Source: an uncultured delta proteobacterium (GTDB lineage Bacteria; Desulfobacterota; Desulfobacteria; Desulfobacterales; JAHEIW01). Taken from it: a stretch of 64,000 nt of DNA. How positions within the stretch are numbered: the stretch's first letter is position 1; the number at the start of each line of letters is the position of its first letter. A program made the translations under genes and the position numbers. The DNA lies in contig CAVPNL010000006.1 in NCBI GenBank assembly GCA_963706575.1, forward strand, positions 224,001 to 288,000, in the 5' to 3' direction. Of the stretch, positions 43,295 through 54,772 are shown piece by piece. The notes beneath the pieces are model-generated. The model had not been told where the DNA came from, did not search any database, and saw only the letters and a program-made list of their open reading frames with translations.

Positions 43295-44796
43295 TTATTC
43301 CCAGTCCAGCAGGCGCTGTTGACCTTCCAGTTTGCGGATCTGGGCCAGGTCCTGGCTGACCTCCAGGCATCCGCGGTAGTATCCCTCGGCATCCCGCACG
43401 GCAAAGTAGCGGATGTAAATGAATTTGCCGCCCAGTTCGATCCAGAATTCGGCCGTGTCCCGTGAGCCGGACTTGAAGGCGTCCAGGATCTGGTTGACGA
43501 GATGGACGCTTTTGGGCGGATGGCAGTTGCGAACCTCCCGGCCGATGATCGCGGGACTGCGCGGGAAAATCCGCTCGGGCCCTTCGGAGTAGTAAGCGAC
43601 CCGGTCGGTTTCATCCACGAAGGTTAAGTCCACCGGCAGATGGGTGAGCATCAGGTTGATCTGCTCCAGGGTCATGCGGCCCGTATCCAGTCCCAGGGCC
43701 CCGGCCACCTCTTCCAAAACCTCCGTCGGTTCGGGGGGCACGTCCTCGGGTTCCTGTTCCAAAATGATATCTTCGGGCCAACCCGTATCCGGAACGACCC
43801 AGGCAAAACCGATATCCGCCTCACCTTCTTTGACCTTGATCCATTCCTGATCGGTTAACATATCCAGGCTGGCGGGATAAAGGATATGCTCTTCTTTGTA
43901 GATCATGTCCCGAATCGCCTGGATGGCTTCTTTCAGCGGCGTGAGTGTGCCTTCCGGATCGGCATTTGCAAATGCTTCCCGGGCCTGCTTGAGGCCGGCG
44001 CGAATATCATCGTGGATGGACCACATTACCTGGGAAGGCCCTGTAAAATGATGGGCTTCCAGCATGGGAAAAAGCTGATTCTCCTTGCGGGTGTAATGAA
44101 TATCGATTTCAGATAAACGATCCATAAGAGATCCCAGTGCCTGGCTGTTCTCCTGAAAGGCTTCAGACCGGGGAGGGGATCCGATGCGCCCCATGAGCAT
44201 GCTGGTTTCACTCATGATCTTTTCGGAAGCCCGGTTCTCCTTCATAAAGGTGTGGATGGGATGTCCCATTGGCGGCTCCGGCCGATCCTGCTCCTCCAAT
44301 GCTTCTTTAAATATTTCAACGTGGACGTCGCACAGGCGCTTGATTTCTTCGGCGGGCAGGCCCTCTTCCATAAGGGCTTGCTCCATTTTTGCGATTTCGG
44401 TGGCCTCAACGCCGCTGATCAACTGACTGAATCTTTGTTTGAGAACCGCCATATCCTCACCGGCGTGAAGGGCCTTGATAATTTCCTTGAGCGCCGCCTG
44501 CTTTTCTTCAGGGTCGCTGATAGCGTCCTGCGGCTCCGTCGGGAGCAGTTCCGTCCGGTGTTGCAGCTGCTGCCCGTTTGCCGGTCTATTTCCGCTGCCA
44601 GGTCTGCCAAAAAATCGTCCAGGTCCAGACCGCCGATACCGGCGATCTTGCTGAGGCTGGCCACTTTGCCGATGGTTTTGCGCATAATCGGATTTTTGAG
44701 ACCCTTAAACTTGGGCGACAACCTGACCAAAAAATCTTCCAAAAAAGGGTACTCTTTCAACAGATCGTCGATCTTGGTGTTGGCGTTGATTTCCAT
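43295..44796 (-). CDS. DUF1858/DUF438 hemerythrin-PAS protein, frameshifted near 44450-44580
   Basis: LCDVH, GHPIHTF..EN, HYTRKEN.LFP, MWSIHD, NCHPPKS. Confidence 0.85.
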
Positions 44797-45185
44797 GGCA
44801 AAGTCTCCTTAATTCTTTTTGCAAGATTTGATAATCGATAATTTTCTGGGAGAGATCATAGAGAAAATCGAATGGTAAGTCAATTTTGTTATGTTGTCTT
44901 AAAAAGCTGGACGAATATTTGATGATCCACCGATGGGGGTCGATAGGCGATCCTGAAAATAGTAAAGTGCGACCGGTTTTCGTGGCTGGAAGCCACTCCC
45001 ACATTTCATTATAAACAGTGGGAGCGGCATCTTGCCGCGATATACGATGCAGCGGCCTTCGACCTCCAGCCTTAATCTCATCCCCAATATCGGAAAATTG
45101 AACGAGTGAATTGTGTGTAGTAGATTTGAAACATTGAATGGCAGGTAAGCACGATAAATATCCAATTATAGGATCTGATTTCGAT

Positions 45186-46436
45186 TTATTCCCCCGCCTC
45201 ATAGCGCTGCTCAATGATCAGCGCCGGTTTGAGCAGCAGCGAAACCACAAAGATGCCCAGGGCCAGGATACCGAGGGTAATGCTGACCTCCACCCAGCTG
45301 GGTGCGTAATTCACCACCTCCCCCAGGGGTGACGGCACCAGGCCGGGTACTATCAAACCGATGCCTTTTTCGATCCAGATCCCTAAAAACAGCAGTACAC
45401 AGGCCGGTACCAGTACTTTGGGGTTGTTCTTGCCCGGGTTAAACGCCATTGTCAGGGTGCCGATGACGTTCATGACGATGGCGGTCCAGATCCACGGGAC
45501 CAGGGCGGTGTGGCCCTTGAGGCCGAAATACAGGTAGATGGCCGGCTGACTGTGATGGGTGGGCAGATAGAATTCCTTGAAAACCTCGGAAAAGAGCATG
45601 ATCAGGTTAATGATGGCGGCGACCACGCTGATACGCCGGATTTTGTTAAAGACCTGGTCTTCAACCCGAAATGAAGTCGTGGACTGAATGATGACCAGCA
45701 CGATAATGATCAAGGCCGGGCCGGCCGCAAAAGCGGATGCCAGAAAGCGGGGGCCCATCAAAGGGTTGTTCCAGAAAGGCCTGGCCGGCAGTCCCTGATA
45801 CAAAAAGGCGGTCACCAGGTGGATGCCGAACGCCCAGAATATGGAGATAAAAACGAGAGGCAAATATAATTTATCTTTGGGCTTACGGTGGTAATAATGA
45901 CAGTACAGGATGTAGGCCGGCACCAGCAGGTTCAAGACCAGATAGCCGTTTAACACCAGAACGTCCCAGGTCAGCAGCGATGTCGGCCAGTTGAACAACC
46001 CGATAATCGGCATCATGTGCCAGGCGTTCCAGGGGGCACCCAGGTCCACAAAAACAAACATCAAACACATGACCAGAGCGCCGATGGCTACGCATTCGCC
46101 AATGATCACCACCTTGTGCAGGTCTTTGTCTTTGAAAATATAAGACGGTAAAATGATCATCACGGCGGCGGCGGCGACACCCACCAGAAAGGTGAAATTG
46201 GCGATATAAAATCCCCAGCTGACGATGTCCGACATGTTCGTGGCTGCCATGCCTACTTTTAGTTGAACAAAATAGGCATAGACCCCCAGCACCATCAAAG
46301 CGGCCAGAATGCACAGATATATTTGATATATCAGCCCGCCTGACAGGCTCCAGGTGATGACATCTTTGACAAATGCGGTGACTTCCTTGATAATCGACAA
46401 TTTGTGCGTCATAATTTTTTCTTGGGTCGTTTCCAT
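45186..46436 (-). CDS. NrfD/PsrC-family membrane quinol-oxidising subunit (nap operon)
   Basis: WGFYIANFTF, VDLG.P, GIHLVTAFL, RFLASAF. Confidence 0.88.
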   Translation of the reverse strand: METTQEKIMTHKLSIIKEVTAFVKDVITWSLSGGLIYQIYLCILAALMVLGVYAYFVQLKVGMAATNMSDIVSWGFYIANFTFLVGVAAAAVMIILPSYIFKDKDLHKVVIIGECVAIGALVMCLMFVFVDLGAPWNAWHMMPIIGLFNWPTSLLTWDVLVLNGYLVLNLLVPAYILYCHYYHRKPKDKLYLPLVFISIFWAFGIHLVTAFLYQGLPARPFWNNPLMGPRFLASAFAAGPALIIIVLVIIQSTTSFRVEDQVFNKIRRISVVAAIINLIMLFSEVFKEFYLPTHHSQPAIYLYFGLKGHTALVPWIWTAIVMNVIGTLTMAFNPGKNNPKVLVPACVLLFLGIWIEKGIGLIVPGLVPSPLGEVVNYAPSWVEVSITLGILALGIFVVSLLLKPALIIEQRYEAGE

Positions 46437-46451
46437 AGAGCCTCTGCGGGT

Positions 46452-47423
46452 TTAATCGACAAAATACCAGAATTTGGGATCCGTTCCCAGATCCTCCTTC
46501 CACCTGAAAACCTTCTTGTGCTTGAGGACAAACCGGATTTCACTGTCGGGGTCCAGAAGATTCCCGAACACCCGCGCGCCGGTGGGGCAGGCTTCGACGC
46601 AGGCGGGCAGCCTGCCGGCTCTGCTCCTTTGTATACAGAAGGTACATTTTTCCATCTGTCCCCGTCCGCGCATGCGGTTGCCCAGATAGTGCTGTTTTTT
46701 GGTCATTTCATCCTTCGGCACCACCGGGTCGTTCCAGTTGAAGCGGCGCCCGTAATAGGGGCATGCGGCGATACAGTAGCGGCAGCCGATACACCAGTCG
46801 TAATCAACCACCACGATTCCATCCGGTTCCTGCCAGGTGGCCTTTGTTGGGCAGGCCTTGACACAGGGTGCGTTTTGACAGTGGTTGCACTGCACCCCCA
46901 TGTAGAAATGATCTTCAACCGGTACCTGGTGATAGAATTTGGCGTTGCCGACCTCCGGGGTCAGTTGACCGTGTTCCATCTCGAAAATCCGGATATATTG
47001 CATGCTGGATTTGCGGTCGAGGTTGTTTTCCTTCACACAGGCGGCCACACACTCCATGTAGCCTTCGCACCGCGTGACGTTAAAGGCATAGCCGAATAGG
47101 ACGCCTTCGATCGGCGGTGCGGAGCCCATCTGGATATTGACATTATTTTTGATTTTAGCCAGCTGCTCCAGGCGCCGGACCGTCTCATCTTTTTCCTCCT
47201 GGGTCATGAGGCGGTAGTGTTTCTTGAAGTATTCCTTCCAGCGCAACGAAAGCTCCTCTTTGGAGCCCAGCATGCCGCCGCCGCAACCGGCGAGCATCGC
47301 AGCCCCACCGAGCGCAGCGACTCGGGCGGCGCCTTTCAGGAATTCCCGTCGCCCGCATTGTTGGGTCTGCTGGCAGTCTTTTTCCTGTGGCTTCTGACAG
47401 ATCTTATTTTTCCGGGGATCCAT
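46452..47423 (-). CDS. Tat-exported NrfC-like 4Fe-4S protein
   Basis: RREFLK, CNHCQNAPCVKACP, CIGCRYC..ACP, KCTFC. Confidence 0.88.
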   Translation of the reverse strand: MDPRKNKICQKPQEKDCQQTQQCGRREFLKGAARVAALGGAAMLAGCGGGMLGSKEELSLRWKEYFKKHYRLMTQEEKDETVRRLEQLAKIKNNVNIQMGSAPPIEGVLFGYAFNVTRCEGYMECVAACVKENNLDRKSSMQYIRIFEMEHGQLTPEVGNAKFYHQVPVEDHFYMGVQCNHCQNAPCVKACPTKATWQEPDGIVVVDYDWCIGCRYCIAACPYYGRRFNWNDPVVPKDEMTKKQHYLGNRMRGRGQMEKCTFCIQRSRAGRLPACVEACPTGARVFGNLLDPDSEIRFVLKHKKVFRWKEDLGTDPKFWYFVD

Positions 47424-47432
47424 GTAATTTCC

Positions 47433-48062
47433 CTATTTGCCTTTACTTAAAGGAGGTGAGTATGTTGCCGGCCAGCGCTTCTTAAAGCGCGGCGAGTGGG
47501 GATCGTGACAGCCGGTGCAGTTTTTAACCACCCGCTGGCCGGCCCAGTGGGAGATGCGCTTGCCGTGGGCACCACCCACCCAGTCTTTTTTCTGCCGGAA
47601 GTGGCACTGGCCGCACATCTGGTAGCTGTGATCCATATCGATTTTCGTGCCCTCTTCGGTTACCAGAAAATCCCGCTCATCTTGTTTATGGCAGGTATAA
47701 CAGGACAGGGGCCGCGCCTCACTGCCATGGTTCAGGAGGATTTCACCGTGGGCGATTTCAGCGGCCCGCGCCACCCTGACCGGTTTGTTATTGTGGCATT
47801 GACTGCATTTAAAGCGCTGGATCTTGTCCTTGCGGGTCTCGGTCCGGAAGCGCCCTCCCTGGTATCTTTCCGTCACCAGAACGGAAGGTATCGGAAGCGC
47901 CAGGGCCGCATCAACCTGCTTTTCATTATCAAATGGAGCCGTTGCATTTTTGTAGATTTGAACGACGCCGTCCTCTGTGGAATATGCAAGGCCGGTCGCA
48001 AAAATCAGCAGCAATACCGGCAATATTCCCCAGAAGTGATTTTTAAATATTGGTGTCTTCAT
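47433..48062 (-). CDS. Tetraheme cytochrome c
   Basis: CSQCH, CYTCH, CGQCH, CTGCH, signal peptide. Confidence 0.85.
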   Translation of the reverse strand: MKTPIFKNHFWGILPVLLLIFATGLAYSTEDGVVQIYKNATAPFDNEKQVDAALALPIPSVLVTERYQGGRFRTETRKDKIQRFKCSQCHNNKPVRVARAAEIAHGEILLNHGSEARPLSCYTCHKQDERDFLVTEEGTKIDMDHSYQMCGQCHFRQKKDWVGGAHGKRISHWAGQRVVKNCTGCHDPHSPRFKKRWPATYSPPLSKGK

Positions 48063-48077
48063 ATCGACCCTGATGGT

Positions 48078-48776
48078 TTAGGATTTCGGTTTTCTTTCAA
48101 ACAGCGGTGCATTGGTTTCCGGCACATGGCACTGTCTGCAATTGCCCCGTGAGGGATGCTCCACCCGAATGGTGGCAACCGTTCCCGGTCCCACATGACA
48201 GGAGATGCAGTTGCCTCGCATCTGAATATCATGGGGAATGGGCGGCGGCGCCCCCGGTAAGGAGGCCCGTCCCAGGCGGGGCGGTGCCACGCTCATCCAG
48301 TCGGTTTCGACAAAAGGTTTGGCCTCGGTCACGGTGATATGGCATTGCCGGCAGGCCACCTGCTCGGGGTGCGGTGTAATGGGTGTATTTTTCTTGAGTT
48401 CATCCGTCCAGCCGCCCCGGGCGTGACAGGTCAGGCACTCGACTGCGGCCAGATCCGGCTCTTCGACCTTGTGGGGAATAAACGGCGGTGACCCCGGATA
48501 CTGCCTGCGGGAGTAGTATTCTTCGAGTGTGCGCCCGGTGGAAGTGCCCGCCAGATAGTCTTCAGATATCTGGTCATAGTTTACAAAAATGGCTTTCCCG
48601 TTATTATCAAAGTCCATGTCCTGGGTTTCCGCAACGGTTGTTCCCGTTTCCATTTCTTGCGGCTCGGATGAAAAGGCCGAAAATACGATCAACGGTAACG
48701 CCACGATGCAAATCCCGGCAAATATCAGAAAAACCTTTCCCACTTTCTGATCCCCTTTATGTTTTGGTTTTTCCAT
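48078..48776 (-). CDS. Tetraheme NapB-like cytochrome c
   Basis: CLTCH, CRQCH, CISCH, CRQCH, two PPxIPH motifs. Confidence 0.8.
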   Translation of the reverse strand: MEKPKHKGDQKVGKVFLIFAGICIVALPLIVFSAFSSEPQEMETGTTVAETQDMDFDNNGKAIFVNYDQISEDYLAGTSTGRTLEEYYSRRQYPGSPPFIPHKVEEPDLAAVECLTCHARGGWTDELKKNTPITPHPEQVACRQCHITVTEAKPFVETDWMSVAPPRLGRASLPGAPPPIPHDIQMRGNCISCHVGPGTVATIRVEHPSRGNCRQCHVPETNAPLFERKPKS

Positions 48777-51085
48777 TATACTTTCTCCAGTTTAACCGCA
48801 CATTTTTTATAATCGGGCTGTTTGGATATGGGGCAAAACGCATCCAAAGTGGCCTCGTTGATTAAATAGCTTTCATCAAAGAAAGGAACGAAAACCATTC
48901 CCCGGGGCGGGCGCCCCCGGCCGTTGATACTGGCTTTCATTGTCACCGATCCCCGGCGGGAAGAAACTTTGACCTTGCTGCCGTTGGTAATCCCCATGCG
49001 GTCAGCATCGTCTGGGTTTAATTCCACATAGGCCTCCGGTACCGCCCGGTGCAGGACCGGCACACGCCGGGTCATGGATCCGGTATGCCAGTGTTCCAGG
49101 ACGCGTCCGGTATTGAGCCAGAAGGGGTATTCGCTGTCAGGAGACTCTGCTGCCGGCTCATAGGGCCGCAGCCATATCCAGGCCCTGCGGTCGGGCTTGC
49201 CATAGAAATCAAAGTCTTCGCCCTCGGCCGCCGGGTCATACTTGGCGTTGTAACGCCATTTGGTCTCCAGCCCGTTGACATACGGCCACACGATCCCGGA
49301 TTTTGCTTGAAGGTCTTTATAAGGCGCCATGCGGTGTTTGGGATTATCGTGGAACTGGATATATTCATTCCAGGCGTCTTCGATATAGGTTTCTTCGGAC
49401 CAGGGGAACTGCTTTTCAAAGCCCATTCGCCGGGCCACCTCGATGATCTGCCAGGTATTGCTCATGCAGTCACCCGGCATGGGAACAATCTGCTCATTGT
49501 GCTGGGTGCGCCGCTCGGAGTTGCCGAAAAATCCTTCACGCTCGATCCACAGGGCAGCCGGCAGAACCACATCGGCCACGTCGTAGGTGGGGGTTGGATA
49601 TATCTCGGATACCACGATGAAGCGGTCGTCTTTTTTGGCGCCGTCCCGATAGCGGTTCAAGTTGGGCATGGTGACCATGGGGTTGGTGACTTGAATCCAC
49701 ATGAAGCGGATGTCGCCGCGATCCAGCGCCCGGAACATTTCAACCGTATGATAGGTGGGTTTGGGATCGATATTTTCCACCGGCACGTCCCAGATCTTGG
49801 CAGCAAACTTGCGGTGATCTTCATTCATGACCACGCCTTTGGGCAGCTTATGGGTTAGGGTGCCGACTTCACGCACCGTCCCGCAGGCGCTTGGCTGCCC
49901 GGTCAATGAAAAAGGACCGTTACCCGGTTGGGATATTTTGCCCACCAGCAAATGACAGTTGTAAACCAGGTTGTTGATCCAGGTTCCCCGGGTATGCTGG
50001 TTCATACCCATGCACCAGTAAGAGACCACCTTTTTGTCAGGATCCCCGTAAAGCGCTGCCAGATATTTAATGTCTTGGGCCGGCACCCCGGACAGTTTTT
50101 CAACCTTTTCCGGTGTGTAATCTTCCAGAAAGGCTTTATAGGCTTCAAAGTCAACGGTTTCGGCTTTGTCCGTGAACTTGAAATGGTCCTGGGTGCCATA
50201 GCCGATGTTGGTTTTGCCTTTATGAAAGGAGACGTGCTTGTTGACAAAATCCCAGTTGACCCAGTCATTGCGGATAATTTCATAACAGATGGAATTGGCC
50301 ACGGCCAGATCGGTCTGAGGATTGAAAATGATCGATTTGTCTGCTGCCTGGCTGGTGCGGGTGGTGCGGGTGGCAAAATCGATGATCTGGACATGATTTT
50401 TGGCTTTGCGGTTGGCGAGCATTCTGGAAAAGAGCACTGGATGCATTTCGGCCATGTTATTGCCCCAGGTAATGAAGACATCGGCCTGATCGATGTCGTC
50501 ATAGCTGCCCATGGGCTCGTCCAGTCCGAAACTGGTCAAAAACCCGGTGACGGCACTGGCCATACACAGACGCGCGTTGGCTTCCAGATTATTGGTGCCG
50601 ATACAGCCTTTAAACAGCTTGGAGGAGACGTAGCCGTCGGTAATCGACCATTGCCCGGAACCGTACATAGCCACGGCGTCTTTCCCGTGGCTCTTGATGG
50701 TTTCCTGCATTTTGCTGGCCACCAGGTCGAGGGCTTCTTTAAGGGGCGTTTCCACCATCTTGCCGTTTTTGCGAACCAGGGCCTTGGTGACTCTGTCCTT
50801 GCCGTACAGGATCTGGATTGAATGATAGCCTTTGACGCAGCACAGCCCCTTGTTGACGGTACAATTGGGGTCGCCCTTTACGGCCACGGCGCGGTCACCG
50901 GAAACACCGACCAGAAGGCCGCACCCGGTGCCGCAGAACCGGCAGGGCGTCTTTTTCCATTCAATCCCTCCTGAATCGACGTTTTTCCAGGCGCCGAAAC
51001 TAATTCCCGGAAACAGTACCGCAGCAGAAGCGACGGCGCTCTGTGCAGCTGCGGATTTGATGAATTGTCTTCTGGTAATTTCCAT
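48776..51085 (-). CDS. napA: Periplasmic nitrate reductase catalytic subunit
   Basis: [51 protein letters not shown]. Confidence 0.93.
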   Translation of the reverse strand: MEITRRQFIKSAAAQSAVASAAVLFPGISFGAWKNVDSGGIEWKKTPCRFCGTGCGLLVGVSGDRAVAVKGDPNCTVNKGLCCVKGYHSIQILYGKDRVTKALVRKNGKMVETPLKEALDLVASKMQETIKSHGKDAVAMYGSGQWSITDGYVSSKLFKGCIGTNNLEANARLCMASAVTGFLTSFGLDEPMGSYDDIDQADVFITWGNNMAEMHPVLFSRMLANRKAKNHVQIIDFATRTTRTSQAADKSIIFNPQTDLAVANSICYEIIRNDWVNWDFVNKHVSFHKGKTNIGYGTQDHFKFTDKAETVDFEAYKAFLEDYTPEKVEKLSGVPAQDIKYLAALYGDPDKKVVSYWCMGMNQHTRGTWINNLVYNCHLLVGKISQPGNGPFSLTGQPSACGTVREVGTLTHKLPKGVVMNEDHRKFAAKIWDVPVENIDPKPTYHTVEMFRALDRGDIRFMWIQVTNPMVTMPNLNRYRDGAKKDDRFIVVSEIYPTPTYDVADVVLPAALWIEREGFFGNSERRTQHNEQIVPMPGDCMSNTWQIIEVARRMGFEKQFPWSEETYIEDAWNEYIQFHDNPKHRMAPYKDLQAKSGIVWPYVNGLETKWRYNAKYDPAAEGEDFDFYGKPDRRAWIWLRPYEPAAESPDSEYPFWLNTGRVLEHWHTGSMTRRVPVLHRAVPEAYVELNPDDADRMGITNGSKVKVSSRRGSVTMKASINGRGRPPRGMVFVPFFDESYLINEATLDAFCPISKQPDYKKCAVKLEKV

Positions 51086-51257
51086 TTGCGTGCTCCTTTT
51101 GTGTTTCTCCTCTGAGAAGCGGTCTCAGAATTCTGGCTCGGGTTAGAGGGCAAGGCGCAGGATAGCGCAAAAGCGGAGCATACACGACAGTATGTGAGCA
51201 TTTTGCGCTGACCTGCAACGCAGCCATCGGGCCTGAGACGGAGTTATGTGATCGCTT

Positions 51258-51488
51258 CTATTGATCTGTATGGCCAAAGGTCATGCCTAGCGACTCCAAT
51301 GATTTTAAGGCCTGAAGTTTTTCCTGTAATTGTTTCTCGGTTTCCTCATCCGGCGTGTCGGTTACCAGGATCAAAACCTCTTCATTTTCGGCCGGTGTAA
51401 CCTCGCAGAAATCCAGGGCGGCAAGATCATTGATCAGCTGCTCCTTTGCACCCTGAACGGGATATGCCAGATAACTGAAAATCGGCAT
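51258..51488 (-). CDS. napD: NapD-like chaperone
   Basis: MPIFSYL...VLILVTD, small gene directly upstream of napA. Confidence 0.7.
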   Translation of the reverse strand: MPIFSYLAYPVQGAKEQLINDLAALDFCEVTPAENEEVLILVTDTPDEETEKQLQEKLQALKSLESLGMTFGHTDQ

Positions 51489-51728
51489 CAGTGTTTCTCT
51501 TTTAATTTTGCAGTGCGCGGGTCCGGTCTGGTGATTGGACCCGGTTAAAGACTGGTGGTTGAGTTGATGAACAAAACGATATGCCCAAACGGGTTTTTCA
51601 AAAGTTTGGGTCTAATATATTTAAAAACGAAAAACGTTTTTTGTGCTATTTCGTAATGTTATCTTTTTGCAGGTGTTACAAAAGATACTTCTATGCGGTA
51701 CACTGACTTGTAACAATTAATCCGGAAT

Positions 51729-51754
51729 AAATATTTGACTTAAGTCAAATATTT
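51729..51754. promoter_or_regulatory. Crp/Fnr-type box upstream of nap
   Basis: Perfect 26-bp palindrome AAATATTTGACTTAAGTCAAATATTT. Confidence 0.7.
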
Positions 51755-52000
51755 CATACCAGAAAACTATGAAATAAAAATAGGGTCAACACCGTATTTT
51801 TTCATTTAAAATACTGTATTTTGGTACGATCTCTGGAAAATTTATCGTTTTAAAACACCCAATCCCCTTTTTCCCTTTGATTTAAGGTGGCCTTTAAACT
51901 TTCACATCCAATAGAGTCGATTTGCACAGAACCAGCAATTTAATTAGAAGTTATTGATACTATTTAATATATTCAAAGTGCTACATGATTTTTTTGGCGC

Positions 52001-52029
52001 TTGACAGTGCCACAAAGTAGCATTAATAT
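52001..52029 (+). promoter_or_regulatory. Sigma70 promoter for tusA-iscS-iscU
   Basis: TTGACA-17-TAATAT. Confidence 0.55.
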
Positions 52030-52094
52030 TTACCTGACTAATGACGCGGCTGCCCTCTAAGTGGCCCATCAGGAAAAACAATACGGAGCACGAG

Positions 52095-52352
52095 ATGAAG
52101 TTTGTTAAGGGAAAGAAACCCGATGAATCTTTGGATTTGGTGTGTCGCATGTGCCCCATGCATCTGCTGGAACCGGGGGATAAGCTGAAATGTATGAAAA
52201 AGGGGCAGGTGCTGGAAGTGCTGACCGATTACGACGGAGCACTGGAGGATATCCCGGATTGGTGCAAAAAATGCGGCCATGAATTCATCGGCATGGAAGA
52301 AGATGACGATTACTATAAGTTCTATATAAAGAAGCAAAAAGATGAGAGCTGA
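52095..52352 (+). CDS. TusA-family sulfur carrier
   Basis: LDL....CPM, GQVLEVLTD, DIPDWC. Confidence 0.85.
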   Translation: MKFVKGKKPDESLDLVCRMCPMHLLEPGDKLKCMKKGQVLEVLTDYDGALEDIPDWCKKCGHEFIGMEEDDDYYKFYIKKQKDES

Positions 52353-52574
52353 AAGGTTTTTTACCACTTGTAAGGTGTATTGGATCAATGGAATGATGAA
52401 ATACTGGAATTCTGGAATGATGGGTTAGACGGATGGGAGATTATGAATTAGGCCATTTTCCGATTTACCCAATATTCCATTTATCGAGTATTCCATTATT
52501 CAATGGGCTGGATAAATTTAAAACGCTTATTTAAAGCGAAACCAGGTTAGAAATTTGCTAATAAGGAGAGTGTA

Positions 52575-53834
52575 ATGGAGGGCGCCTATCTGGATCATGC
52601 CTCGGCAACACCGGTCCGAAAAGAAGTTCTTGAAGCCATGCTTCCTTATTTTAGCGGACAGTTTGCCAATCCCTCAAATGTTTATGATCTGGGCTCAAAG
52701 ATCAAAGAGACAATAGAAGAAGCCCGCGCAAATGTAGCCGGACTGATCAATGCCGATCCCGCCCAAATCGTCTTTACGTCATCCGGTGCCGAAGCCAATA
52801 ATCTGGCCATAAAGGGCGTGGCTTTCGCCCAACAGAAAAAAGGCAATCACATCATCGTCTCTTCCATCGAGCATCATTCGGTTTTGAATTCGGCCCGCTT
52901 TTTGGAACGCCTGGATTTTGAGGCCAGCTTTCTGCCGGTTGATCAAAACGGCCGGGTTGATCCCGAGCGCCTGGCCAAGGCCATCCGGCCGGAGACGATA
53001 TTGGTTTCGATCATGCATGCCAACACCGAGATCGGAACCATCGAGCCCATCGCCGAGCTGGCGGCGATCTGCAAAGAAAAAGAGGTTGCCTTCCATAGCG
53101 ATGCGGTGGCATCAGTCGGCAACACCCCGGTGGATGTCAAGGCGCTCAACGTCGATTTGCTCAGTCTTTCCGGCCCGTCCCTGGGCGGCCCCAAGGGGAT
53201 CGGCGCCCTTTACTTTAACAAAAAGGTCAGATTGATGCCCCTGATCCACGGCGGCATCCAGGAAAACGGTCGCAGAGCCGGCACCGAAAACGTTCCCGGG
53301 ATTATCGGATTTGGCAGGGCCGCAGCACTGGCAAAAAAGGAGTTGCCTGAAAAAATAGACCACGTCCGCAAGTTAAGAGACCGCCTGGTGGGTGGTATCC
53401 TTAAAAAGGTCGAGAAGGTCACTTACACCGGTCATCCGCAAAAACGGCTACCCGGTCACGCCAGTTTTTGTTTCGAAGCCATCGAGGGCGAAGCCCTCAT
53501 TTTCATGCTGGCCCAGAACGGAATCTATACCAATACGGGATCCGCCTGCGCATCCAAGGCGCTGAAAACCTCACCGGTGCTCGGGGCCATCGGCTTACGG
53601 GCGGATCTGGCCCAGGGGTCCACTGTGTTTACCATTGATGCCAGCAACACCGAAGCAGAAATCGACTACGTGCTCGAAAAACTGCCACCGGTTGTCGATC
53701 GGCTGCGTGCCCTTTCGCCCATCTGGGGCAAGGAGATCCCGGAGTATGAAGAGCGATGCATGCGAGCACTGAGACAGGTTTTCACGCCGAGCGGCGCCCG
53801 GGCTTCGCTCGAGTCGCAGAGTAGGCAGAGTTAA
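52575..53834 (+). CDS. iscS: IscS/NifS-family protein lacking the canonical PLP lysine (3' end possibly mis-extended)
   Basis: YLDHASATP, FTSSGAEANN, GPKG, RAGTENV, TGSACAS. Confidence 0.85.
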   Translation: MEGAYLDHASATPVRKEVLEAMLPYFSGQFANPSNVYDLGSKIKETIEEARANVAGLINADPAQIVFTSSGAEANNLAIKGVAFAQQKKGNHIIVSSIEHHSVLNSARFLERLDFEASFLPVDQNGRVDPERLAKAIRPETILVSIMHANTEIGTIEPIAELAAICKEKEVAFHSDAVASVGNTPVDVKALNVDLLSLSGPSLGGPKGIGALYFNKKVRLMPLIHGGIQENGRRAGTENVPGIIGFGRAAALAKKELPEKIDHVRKLRDRLVGGILKKVEKVTYTGHPQKRLPGHASFCFEAIEGEALIFMLAQNGIYTNTGSACASKALKTSPVLGAIGLRADLAQGSTVFTIDASNTEAEIDYVLEKLPPVVDRLRALSPIWGKEIPEYEERCMRALRQVFTPSGARASLESQSRQS

Positions 53835-53939
53835 TTTTTTTCTATGGCGAGTGTCTTAGCGAGCAAATGAAAGAAACTTATTCCTCCGAGATCTTTGCGT
53901 CTCTGTGGTGAATACAAGTCTCAATCGGGGAGGTAAAGG

Positions 53940-54314
53940 ATGTACACTGAAAAGGTGATGGACCATTTTTCCAATCCCAGAAATATCGGAGAAATCGAGA
54001 ATGCCGACGGGGTGGGTGAGGTCGGCAATCCGGTATGCGGTGATATGATGTCGTTTTACATCAACGTCGAGGATAATAGAATCGCCGACATCAAATTTAA
54101 GACATTTGGCTGCGTGGCAGCCATTGCGGTATCCAGCATGGTGACCGAAATGGCCATGGGAAAAACACTGGATGAGGCCAAAAAAATTACCAAAAAATCG
54201 GTGGCCGAATCCCTGGACGGCTTACCCAAAGAAAAAATGCACTGCTCCAACCTGGGCGCTGATGCCCTGACTAAGGCCATTGAGGATTTTGAGAGTAAAC
54301 AGTCAACTGCCTAG
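53940..54314 (+). CDS. iscU: Fe-S scaffold IscU/NifU-N
   Basis: DHFSNPRN, GNPVCGD, FKTFGC, KMHCSNL. Confidence 0.93.
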   Translation: MYTEKVMDHFSNPRNIGEIENADGVGEVGNPVCGDMMSFYINVEDNRIADIKFKTFGCVAAIAVSSMVTEMAMGKTLDEAKKITKKSVAESLDGLPKEKMHCSNLGADALTKAIEDFESKQSTA

Positions 54315-54772
54315 CCCGGAACGAGCCGATGAAAAAAAGGCCTCACGCAAAGCCGCCAGAGTCGCAAAGATTAATTAAATTATATTCATTAATTTCCGGG
54401 AGCGGGTTGAATTCAATCATGAGATTTCTATTTCAATCACCGCTGCCGGATTTTTTTATTTGAGCATCTTGGTTTTTCACACTTTTTCACGGCTCTTTTT
54501 ATACCACAACGTGACATATTTTCCTTGACAACCATCCGTCAACAGGCTAAATTTGTGCCCTGGTATGCGATTGGACTCTTTTCCGTTGTCGCATACTTCT
54601 TGATGCGAAGGTGGATGTCCTTGCCAGGCAGCCATCAGTGTCAATCCTCTCCTAAAGAGGGGGCGGCTCCGGGTTTCCCTTTATCCAGCCTTAGATCGAT
54701 TTATTATGGATTTGGCTCACAAAACCCAGTGCCAAGGAGTCGTCCCCCTTTTTTCCAGAATCCAAAGAGTTT

